NCBI GenBank assembly: GCA_002104945.1
Contig: MCFH01000044.1
Location: forward strand, 62,001 to 126,000
Direction of reading: 5' to 3'
Origin: Piromyces finnis finn
Lineage: Eukaryota; Fungi; Neocallimastigomycota
Length of the DNA stretch: 64,000 bases
Below the pieces are notes generated by a model. That model was not told the DNA's origin. It ran no database searches and saw only the letters and a program-made list of their open reading frames with translations. A program made the translations under genes and the position numbers. Below are positions 29,899-40,800 of this stretch, in pieces. Each line of letters starts with the position of its first letter. The stretch's first letter is position 1.

Positions 29899-32800
29899 TT
29901 AGTTATTAAATGATAGTCTTTGTTTCATTAAATTGAAATCCTTTTCTAACTCTTTTAAACTTTTATGAACTTTAACTGGTTTTTTATCTTTAAAAGCTTT
30001 ATTATTTTCAGCTTGTTTAAATTTAGCTTCTGCTTTTCTTTTTGCTTCTAATTCTGATTTCGCTCTAGCTTTACTAAGGAATTCACGTGCAGATTCCGCT
30101 TCCGCTGCTGTTGATGAATACTTAGTAACATCAACCAAACGATTTCCAATTAGAGACTTTCTACTTATTTTAAGTTGTTTATTAGATCTTGAACTTTCTG
30201 TACTATCTCCTTTACGTTTTCTTTGTTTTCTTTGTCTTTTCTCATTACTGATTATGTTAGATACTGAATTTTTATTATGTGAGTAATCTATTGAATTTGA
30301 TGAATAATTACGATCTTTATTATTATGTTTGTGTAATAAGGTTGATGGACTTGCATTACCATCTGGATCCATAATTTGAATATTTGGTATATTTAATGTA
30401 TTATTGGATTTTCCATTTTTTATTGAAGTATTATTGTTATTATTGTTGTTAGTGATATTATTTGACATATTATTTGTATTATCACAATTACTATCTAGAG
30501 AGCCTAAATTATTTCTATGAGTGATAGTATCAATACTAAAAGCTTTTTTAGTTTGCTTTTCCGTTTTTGAAATTGAAGTTGGTGAATTATTTACATTTCC
30601 CGATAAAAGATGTCCATCTTGAGGAATATTAAATGAAGGGACATTTCCATTTTTATTATTATTATCTACAATAGTTGAATTTCCAAAAAATTTATTTGCG
30701 TATTCTTCATTACTTGTTCCTGAGTTACGACTATTTAATATTTTTAGCTTTTTTTTATCCATATTATTTGCCGTTTTATTAAACGACTCTTGAATAGTAG
30801 GGTTTTGGAATCCATGCATTAAAGTCGCATCCAATGATTGAGAAATATATATTGAAGAATTATTGTTATTCATGTTATTCATGTTATTCATGTTATTCAT
30901 GTTATTCATGCTATTCATATTATTCATATTATTCATGTTGTTTATATTATTCATACTATTCATATTGTTCATACTGTTAATATTATTCATATTATTCATG
31001 TTATTCATGTTATTCATGTTATTCATATTATTCATGTTATTCATACTATTCATATTATTCATATTATTCATATTGTTCATGTTATTCATATTATTCATAT
31101 TATTCATGTTATTCATATTATTCATATTGTTCATGTTGTTTATATTATTTATATTATTCATATTATTCATATTATTCATGTTATTCATGTTATTCATATT
31201 GTTCATGTTGTTTATATTATTCATACTATTCATATTATTCATATTATTCATATTGTTCATGTTGTTTATATTATTCATACTATTCATATTATTCATATTA
31301 TTCATATTATTCATGTTATTCATGTTATTCATATTATTTATATTATTCATGTTGTTCATGTTGTTCATATTATTCATATTATTCATGTTGTTCATGTTGT
31401 TCATGTTCATATTATTCATATTATTCATACTATTTATATTGTTCATATCATTCATGTTATTCATGCTATTCATATTGTTTATTATATTCATATTATTTAC
31501 ATTGTTCATATTCATACCGTTCATTGCATTCATATCATTTATATTATTATTAGAATTATCTATTCCATTCACATTATTCATACTGTTCATATTATTTATA
31601 TTATTCATACCATTCATACCATTCATGTTATTCATATTACTTATTCCATTTATATTGCTCATATTATTCATATAATTTATACTGTTTCCTCCATTCATAC
31701 CATTCATATTATTCACGTTATTCATGTTATTTATGCCATTCATATTATTTATTATATTCATGTTATTAACATTATTATTAACTCCACTTGCATCATTTAT
31801 ATTATTTATTCTATTTATATTATTCATACCATTCATATTATTCATATTATTCATATTATTGATACAACTGAAATTAGTCATGCCATTCATATTAATCATA
31901 TTATTCATACTATTTATTCTATTATTCATGTTATTTATGCCATTCATGTTATTTATAGTATTTACGTTGTTCATATCATTCATATTATTCATATCATTTA
32001 TGCTACTAATATTATTTATTCTATTTAAATTATTCACATTATTTTTACTGTTATTATTAGTATTATTATTGCTACTATTACTATCACCAATGATATTGTT
32101 TAATTTTTTATTGCTATTATCATTGCCAAAATTGCTACCACTATTTGAAACGCTCAAAAGTGCAACTGCAGCAGCATTAGCTGATTGTGAATTTATTGGT
32201 GAAAGAACAATTGGTGATGCTATAGGTGGATTTAATTTAGATTTCTTATTTGCAATATTATTACTGGAATAGGAAGTATTTGGAACAGTTAAGCTATCGG
32301 TACTTCCATTATTATTAACATTAAGATGTTTTCTATTATGTGAATTGGATGAATGAATATTCATAGGTACTGCAAAAGTTTTATCGGATGATGAATTATT
32401 ATTACTTTTATTAGCAGAAACTTTCTTTTTAGACTTGCTTAGTAATCCTTCAATATTTAAATTATTTGTTATTGAACTTTTACTACTTATAATTGCATCA
32501 GAATGAACAACCGGTGGTGCTGCTGATAATGAAGTTAAAATATTTGCAGCACTAACTTGGTTAAGAACTAAAGGTGATGCAAGTGTATTTGAAGAAGTTG
32601 GAACAAGTACTTTTGTAGTTGAATCAATAGTACTTGTAGATGCACTTGATGCATTCTCTATTATCTTACTTTGCTCAAAGTTCGATATTGTAATTATTGG
32701 ATTACTATCAAAAATACCATTACCGGTAGTTTCTGCTTCTGTTTGATTCATTACTAATAATGGAGACTCATTACCAGTACTAATTACTTGTGTGATTCCA

Positions 32801-33339
32801 GTACTGTGATTATTTACAATTAATGGGGTGCCAATTGGAATTGGAGTACCTATATTAGCAAGTGTTGGAGTTTTTATTGATAAACCAAGTATAGGTGAAA
32901 AGGTATTATTTAATAGAGGAGTAGAATCAACATTTGCAGATGGCATAGGTGAAAATGAAGTAAATACTGATACGGGGTTATTAGAACTTAAAAGAGGTGA
33001 ATTTAACATACTTGGACCTGAAGGATTTGGTGTTGTAATTAAAGGTGAATTTAACATGCTTGGTCCAGATGAGTTATGACTAGTAACAAATGGTGATTTT
33101 ATCATTGCAGTACCAGAAGGATTAGGATTTGTAATAAGAGGAGAAGTTATCATTACTGTTCCTGAAGGATTCTGAGTATTTACTGGGTATGGTGTAGTTA
33201 TTAGACCAGTGGTATTAGTATTTATCAAGTTATTTAATGAAACTACATTATTAATGGCTGATAAATTATTCTCTTTTATATTTATTACACCATTTATAGG
33301 ATTATTAATAAAGATTGGTAAACTATTTGCATTTTCCAT
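29899..33339 (-). CDS. Asn/Met-rich low-complexity (prion-like) protein, 1146 aa, single coding exon, basic C-terminus
   Basis: 3.4-kb open frame. S/T/P-rich N-terminus, central (NNM)n tract, basic clusters near the C-terminus (KRQRKQRKRK). I recognise no folded domain. Confidence 0.75.
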   Translation of the reverse strand: MENANSLPIFINNPINGVINIKENNLSAINNVVSLNNLINTNTTGLITTPYPVNTQNPSGTVMITSPLITNPNPSGTAMIKSPFVTSHNSSGPSMLNSPLITTPNPSGPSMLNSPLLSSNNPVSVFTSFSPMPSANVDSTPLLNNTFSPILGLSIKTPTLANIGTPIPIGTPLIVNNHSTGITQVISTGNESPLLVMNQTEAETTGNGIFDSNPIITISNFEQSKIIENASSASTSTIDSTTKVLVPTSSNTLASPLVLNQVSAANILTSLSAAPPVVHSDAIISSKSSITNNLNIEGLLSKSKKKVSANKSNNNSSSDKTFAVPMNIHSSNSHNRKHLNVNNNGSTDSLTVPNTSYSSNNIANKKSKLNPPIASPIVLSPINSQSANAAAVALLSVSNSGSNFGNDNSNKKLNNIIGDSNSSNNNTNNNSKNNVNNLNRINNISSINDMNNMNDMNNVNTINNMNGINNMNNRINSMNNMINMNGMTNFSCINNMNNMNNMNGMNNINRINNINDASGVNNNVNNMNIINNMNGINNMNNVNNMNGMNGGNSINYMNNMSNINGISNMNNMNGMNGMNNINNMNSMNNVNGIDNSNNNINDMNAMNGMNMNNVNNMNIINNMNSMNNMNDMNNINSMNNMNNMNMNNMNNMNNMNNMNNMNNMNNINNMNNMNNMNNMNNMNNMNSMNNINNMNNMNNMNNMNSMNNINNMNNMNNMNNMNNMNNMNNINNINNMNNMNNMNNMNNMNNMNNMNNMNNMNNMNSMNNMNNMNNMNNMNNMNNMNNINSMNNMNSMNNINNMNNMNNMNSMNNMNNMNNMNNMNNNNSSIYISQSLDATLMHGFQNPTIQESFNKTANNMDKKKLKILNSRNSGTSNEEYANKFFGNSTIVDNNNKNGNVPSFNIPQDGHLLSGNVNNSPTSISKTEKQTKKAFSIDTITHRNNLGSLDSNCDNTNNMSNNITNNNNNNNTSIKNGKSNNTLNIPNIQIMDPDGNASPSTLLHKHNNKDRNYSSNSIDYSHNKNSVSNIISNEKRQRKQRKRKGDSTESSRSNKQLKISRKSLIGNRLVDVTKYSSTAAEAESAREFLSKARAKSELEAKRKAEAKFKQAENNKAFKDKKPVKVHKSLKELEKDFNLMKQRLSFNN
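30863..31700 (-). repeat. Coding 9-bp tandem repeat (AATAA[C/T]ATG and variants) encoding NNM/NNI/NSM
   Basis: About 59 uninterrupted 9-bp units from 30871 to ~31402, then progressively more degenerate copies to ~32030. Confidence 0.95.
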
Positions 33340-36300
33340 TCTTTAATAGTATATATTACAAGCTTATAACAATATTATACTATTATATTTAATAATTTTT
33401 ATTTTTTATTATTTTCTGTTAATAATTCTGATAATAATAAAAGATATTTTATTATAAAATTTTTAATTTTTTTTTTTCGGTTGGTTTTTTATTATTATCT
33501 TTATTATTATTAGTATTTATTTTATTAGTATATTTTATTATGTAGTAAAGTTATAAAATATTGGATTCACATAGAAATTTAATATACACCTGTATTAATA
33601 GTTATTATAAATAAATTAAATAAAAGGGAAAGAACGTTAGTATAATTCTTTTATTATTTGTTTTAGATATTACTATTATTGTTATTATTGCTATTGTTGT
33701 TGTCATTGTATTTTACTAATATGAATGAAAAACTGATAATCTTTTTGAAATTTTAATTGTTTCTTTCTAGTATCATCTAAATACCTACTATAATCTAAAT
33801 ACTACAAAAATAAACCAATACATTATTAAACTTTGTATTGATAATTTCAAAAATCACATTAATTCAATTTTGAAATAATATGTTTTTCTTTATTTTAATT
33901 GTTTATGGTAAAATTAAATAAATTCTATTAAAATTTTTCTGAAATATTAATTAGTAATTTCAAAATGTAACGTTAAAATCTTTAATAGTTCAGATATTTT
34001 TACAATAAATATAATTATTTTTTATCAATTTTTTATATATATATTAATAATTATTTCGGTAACTTTGAAAAAATATATTGAAAGTTATATTTCCATTTTA
34101 TCATTATTGAGAAAAGATTTACTTTATTATATATATATATACACAAACAAAAATTATATATTTAAAAGATTTTTAATTATAGTCAAGTTCATTATAATTT
34201 CTAATATTATCTAAATTTGTTTTATCTTTTACATGTTTGTGTTTATAATTATTGGTTTTGCTTAAATATTTTGTTAATCTTCCAATGACAAAAATTAATT
34301 ATTACTCTTATTTCATTTAAAAAAAAATATTTATATATTTTTATTATCTTACTTTATCTTATCACGTTTGTATGAATTTCATAGCATATTTAAAATATTT
34401 TTACATAAAATTGAAATCTATTCAATTTCAATTTTTTTTTTTTTTTTTTTCTTTCGATCTTTATAAACAATTTAATTTATATTTACATATAAAATTAATA
34501 TTAAATTGGTTTTTCCAATATAAGTTTTTTTTATATATATATATAAAATAAAATAATAAAAATAAAATTAAAAGAATAAAAATAAAAAAAAAAAAGCTTT
34601 TATTATTTGTTGTAAAAAATAAGTATTCCTATTTACCAAAGTATAAATTATATTAAAAAATAAAATAGAAAAATAGAATTTTTTGATTTATAATTAAAAT
34701 TTTTATAAATTTTTGATTTTAATTATTAATATGAAAATAGATTGTTCGTTTTTTCAAATAAACTTTAATATAAAAACCTTTAAAACAAAAAAAAAAAAAA
34801 AAAAAGAAATAAAATTAAAAGAGGAAATAAAGAAAAGGTGTAATAATTATATATAAAAAAAAGTTTACATCATCCATTAATGATTAATATTAAAATACTG
34901 GAATAATAATATTCAATAATATTATTAGTAATTAGTAATAAAAGTAATATATTTCAATAAAACAATATTAATACAGATACATATACATACATATACAATA
35001 GCATATAATAACAAATAAAAATAAAAAACATTTTAATTTTAATAAATAGTTTAAAAAATTATACCTTTAAATAATACTATATTTTTTTCCTTTTCATTAA
35101 TAATTGACCCTTAAAATATAATTTTTAAGGGATACGATTACTATTTTATTATTATTTATTTATATATTAATGGTTTTGTTTATTTATTATTATAATAATT
35201 ATTTAGTTATTTATTTAATTATATATTATATTTATTTAATCATAAACTTTTTTTAAATAATAAAGTTAATAGATTTAATTATCATAATATATAATATATA
35301 ATATAATTAAGATTATGTAAAATAAAAATTAATATAGTATAATATATTAATGCTTTTGAATTATTAAAACAATAATAAAAAATGAACAAATTAAATTTAA
35401 AAAGTATTGGAAATGATAAATAACTAAGATTTCTACTAATTATAGAAGTATTATACTAATGTTTTAGCAAATAAAAAGAGGAATTGATTATTATTTATTT
35501 TAAATAAATAACTAGATAAATGAATATTCTATTTTAAAATTTTACAATTAAAACTTGCTATTATTCCTATCAAATAAATATTTATCTACTAATTAAAATA
35601 TATAATGGAAAAAATAATTTAGGATTATCTATAATAAAAGTTATTATATAATGTACAATACACTGTATATTAAAGAGTTACACAAATCTAAATATTTAAT
35701 TAAAAAAAATTTTTTTTAAGGAGAAAATATTAAGAAATATTTTTGAAGGATGCATTTGTTGACCAGCATTTTTGGAATAAAATATAATATTTTATAATAA
35801 AATTTATATTTTAAATTAAATAATATAATATATAATAAAATATATAATAAAATATATATTAATATTAATAATTCTATTTAAAAGAAAACTCATTATGACT
35901 TATTAATTTATATATATTTTATCACTTTTGTTATTTTTATTATCCGTACGGTATAAAAGGCTGCTGTTATTAATTCCATATTTTTATTAAAAATACTTGA
36001 AATTAATTATAGTGAACTTTATTAGTAAATAATAAAGAGCATTAATAGCATTCATTATTATAAATAGTTTATGACAAGTATTAATGATATTCATTTCATT
36101 ATTGTAAATAAATTATGAAAAGTATTGTTGATATTTATTTAAAAAGTATTTCAATTATTGCATTAATAATGAATTGGAGGAAATTTTTTATATTAAATAA
36201 AAATTGATACTTCGATATAAGCATTTATAAGCATTTATTAATATTTATCAAATTTATAAAATCTAATAAACCTTTTTAATAACTCTAACTTATCCATTAA

Positions 36301-37695
36301 CATAAAAACACTAAATATTTAAATTTAAAAAAAAAAATAGTGAAAATCTGTTTAATAATAATATTAAATATATTTTAATAAATTAGCTGGAATTTTATTA
36401 ATTTATATATTAATAAAAAAAAATTAATATTTCAAAAAGATAAAGAATTTTCTTTTATTTTTTTTTCTAAAGCTAAAAATTTTAAATTTAATATAGTGGA
36501 TTTTTTTTTTTTTTTTTATTAATACTATTTAACAATATATAGTTTTATTTGTTATATTTACCATTAAATTAAATTAAATGGTAAAATATAAAATATCGTA
36601 AATAATATAAAAATCATGTCTATAAAATTAAACTTTTTTTAATTTTTCTTTCAAAAACTTTTTAAAAGTTTTTTAAAAACTATGGATTTATAATAAAGGT
36701 AAAAATTATTCGAAACTTAGATTTTTCTATAAATATTAAAACCTTTGCCTATTTATTTTTTATTTTTTTATTTTATTATATTATAATATATTATTGGTAT
36801 AAATGTCATATAATTGGTATATAACGTTTTGGTATAATATAAATAATATTATTAATAATAGAGTAAATAATATATATCTTAAAAAAGAATTGATTTCTTT
36901 TTTATTATATGATGGCCTAAAAGTAAATATGAAACAAAAATATAATAACTTTATAAATTAAATAAAAATAATATAATTGTATTGAAATGCTTAACAAACT
37001 AATTTAATAGTGAAATAAATAAATAAATAAAATAAAGTAAAATAAAATAAAATAAATGAATAACAATAATTATTGTTATTTATTTATTCATTCTTTGTAA
37101 ATAAAAATAAATGATATTTAATATATATTAGTTTGTTAGTTAATTTGTTTCTTTTTTCACTTAATACACATCCTTTTTTTTTTTTTTTTGTCTTATAATC
37201 ATATCTTGAATAAATGAATATTAACTTTATAAATCATTAGCTTTTTATAATAATAAAAAAAAAAAAAGATTGCATAAAATGAATTGAATTAATAAATATA
37301 TCTTTTAGGGAAAAAATAAATAAATAATTGAATTTTGATGAAATTTTTATAGTTTGGGTTTTAAATCTGTTGTTAACACAACTATCAAAAAGTATTTAAA
37401 AATGGTATCATTTTATCTTTACTAAAAGTTAATATATTAAACTATTACTTTTTTATGTTTATCATTGAGAATACACATTTCTATACTAATTATTTTTATA
37501 TACAATTCCATAGGTTGTGGATTTTTACTATTATAAACATTTAATAGTTATGATAATAGATTCTGCCATTATAAATATGACTATTAATTATATAATTTTT
37601 AATGTTAATAGTAATGTTATCATTATTGTTATTAAGTTGTTGTCGTTACAATTTTCTTTTTCTATTCTATATATTTTTAAAAAATATTTTAATTA

Positions 37696-37729
<34 letters not shown>

Positions 37730-37856
37730 GAAATACTACCTATTGTGGGTCTAATATATTGATTCATCTCTTTTTAATAATATCACCTTAATTATTTCAA
37801 TAACTTTCAATATCATTTTTTGGTGACAGCTGTGTGTTTTTATCATTCGGAAATCT

Positions 37857-40800
37857 TCATCTACCTTTTACAGAATGTTTTGGTTCAGACGAGGATGAGT
37901 TCTTCTCCTTTATTCTAGTTTTTGGCTTTGTTTTACTCCCCTTTTTATTATCCTTGGAAGATTGGGTTCTTGGTTTCCTCGTAGTACTTTTTGTGGTTTC
38001 TTTTGCATTACTAATAATATGATGGTCATTCTCCTGTTTTTGTTGATCATCTTCCTTATTATTTTTGAAAGTAGGAGGTTCTTCGTCACTACTACTATCA
38101 ATGGTAATTACTTCAATTGGTGCTTTACTTATTTTTCTACTTTTTGTATTTTTCTTATTTATAAGGAGATGAGAGGCTTCCTCCTTTTTAACTCTTCTAA
38201 GTCTCATCGGACTGGTATTTTCTTTAATAACTGATCTTGAATGACCAGTATTCTTATCTTCCTTTTTATTAGAATTCTTAGCTACAGTTTTTCTAGTATA
38301 TTTCCTTCTTCTATTTTTAATCATATTAGATGAATTATCATTATTATCACTAATAGTATTATTAACATTAGCTTTGGTATCATTTTTCTCTATATGATTA
38401 TTTTCCTTTTCTGCAGTATTAAACCGTTTTCTTCTTTTTTTAATAATTGTATCAGCTATGGTTTCTTCATTTGAAGAATCATCCTTAGAAGGAAGGCTAT
38501 CTTTAGTCTCAATGAATGCTTTATTAGGAACTGAATCTAAAATTTCGTTTTGATCTTGAGTAATTGTATTTTCATCTTCGGGAGTTGAGGATGTCTTTGT
38601 TGAATTAGGTTTTGATATGTTTGAAGAAGAGCTCGTCTTTCTAACTTTTCTCGACTTTATTAATATGTCTTCATTATGTTCTGTAGTATTATCAATTGGA
38701 TGTTCATTGAATTCATTTTCTTTCATTTCATTTAGCGATATTTTAGAAGATGGGTCTATAGCATAACCTAGAATTGGTATTTTATTAGAAATTTCTTCTT
38801 CTTTCAAAATTTTATTTTCTATTACTGGTATAGTTGTACAATGGTTCATATGATTAACATCAGTACCACCATTTTTTGTTGGGGAATCGACTCTTAATTC
38901 TTTTTCACTCTTATTATCAGTTGCATTTATGGAATTATGAAATGAGGATTCTATATGAGCACTATTTGTATTATTGTCTATATTCTTATTGTATATTTTA
39001 CCATTATCTACCATAACATTCAAGGCTTCATTATTTTTCCCATTAACTTGTACATTTTCTTTATCCACCTCCTTATTCTTATAATTACTAGGTTTCTTAT
39101 TTGCACTGTTGTGTGATATATTTAGATTCAAATCTTTGGTTTTATTAATATCATTATTTGAAATTTTAATAATTGAAGGTTTAATTTTATTATTATCAAT
39201 ATTATCAAAAGGCATCTTAATAATTGAGGTTTTAGATTTTTCAATATCATTAGGTGGTATTTTAATAGTTGAAGCTTTTGGTTTTTTAGTATCCCTAATT
39301 AGTATTTCAAAAGTTGAAGTTTTTAGCTTTTCAATACCATTAAATGGCACTTCAAGAGTTGAAGCTTTAGGCTCTTCGGTATCATTAGATGGAATTTCAA
39401 GAGTTGAAGCTTTAGGCTCTTCGGTATCATTAGATGGAATTTCAAGAGTTGAAGCTTTTGGTTTTTCGGTACCATTAGATGGTACTTCAAGAGTTGAAGC
39501 TTTTGGTTTTTCGGTATCATTAGATGACACTTCAAGAATTGAAGCTTTTGATTTTTCGGTACCATTAGATGGCATTTCAAGAGTTGAAGTTTCTGGCTTT
39601 TTAATATCATTAGATGGTACTTCAAGAGTTGAAGCTTTTGGTTTTTCGGTATCATTAGATGACACTTCAAGAATTGAAGCTTTTGATTTTTCGGTACCAT
39701 TAGATGGCATTTCAAGAGTTGAAGTTTCTGGCTTTTTAATATCATTAGATGGTACTTCAAGAGTTGAAGCTTTTGGTTTTTTAGTATCATTAATTGGTAT
39801 TTCAAAAGTTGAAGCTTTTGGTTTTTCGGTATCATTAGATGACACTTCAAGAATTGAAGCTTTTGATTTTTCGGTACCATTAGATGGCATTTCAAGAGTT
39901 GAAGTTTCTGGCTTTTTAATATCATTAGATGGTACTTCAAGAGTTGAAGCTTTTGGTTTTTTAACATCATTAGATGGTACTTCAAGAGTTGAAGTTTTTG
40001 TTTCTTTAGTATCATTAGATGGCACTTTAGGAGTTGAAGCTTTAGATTTTTTGGTATCATTGGATGGTACTTCAAGAGTTGAAGCTTTTGGCTCTTCGGT
40101 ATCATTAGATAGTACTTCAAGAGTTGAAGCTTTTGACTCTTTGGTATCATTAGATGGTACTTCAAGAGTTGAAGTTTCTGGCTTTTTAATATCATTAGAT
40201 GGTACTTCAAGAGTTGAAGCTTTTGGCTCTTCGGTATCATTAGATGGTACTTCAAGAGTTGAAGTTTTTGTTTCTTTAGTATCAGTAGATGGCACTTTAG
40301 GAGTTGAAGCTTTAGATTTTTTGGTATCATTGGATGGTATTTTAACAATTGAAGCTTTTAGTTTTTCAGCATCACTAGGTAATACTTCAATAATTGAGGT
40401 CTTTGGTTTTTCGGTATCATTAGATGACATTTCAAGAGTTGAAATTTTTGGTTTTTTAGTATCATTAATTGGTATTTCAAAAGTGGGTGTCTTTGATTTA
40501 TCGATACTACTAGACGAAACTTCAATTGTTGAAGTCTTGACTTTACCAATATCATTAATCAATATTTCAGAAGTTGGAGTTTTAAAACCATTAATATTAT
40601 CAATATCATTTGATGGATTTTCAACAGCTGAATTCTTCCATTTATCTGTATCATTATGTAATATTTCAGGAATTGAAGTTTCAGCATTATTAATATTACT
40701 AGATGATATTTCAAGATTTGGGTTTATTAGAGGAGAATGCTTGTTAATTATATCTCCTATGACTGTATTAAAAGTTTTACTAACATTAATAGATGTGCTA

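Noticed and set aside
30863-32272. Plus-strand ORFs of (MLF/ILF)n, 270 and 182 aa, that look like extreme membrane proteins
   Set aside because: They are the antisense shadow of the NNM repeat; the minus-strand frame extends 1146 codons with unique flanks.
35108-35131. 9-bp inverted repeat CCCTTAAAA-N6-TTTTAAGGG, and a similar one near 36557
   Set aside because: Short and mostly A/T; expected by chance at this base composition.
37790-37859. In-frame coding-like stretch (RFPNDKNTQLSPKNDIESY) after the TGA of the repeat protein
   Set aside because: It is only 19 codons before another stop, and I cannot tell read-through or a recent nonsense change from chance without orthologues.
39198-40547. 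Regularly spaced repeats resembling a CRISPR array
   Set aside because: The units are contiguous with no unique spacers, are in-frame coding, lie in a eukaryotic gene, and there are no cas genes.
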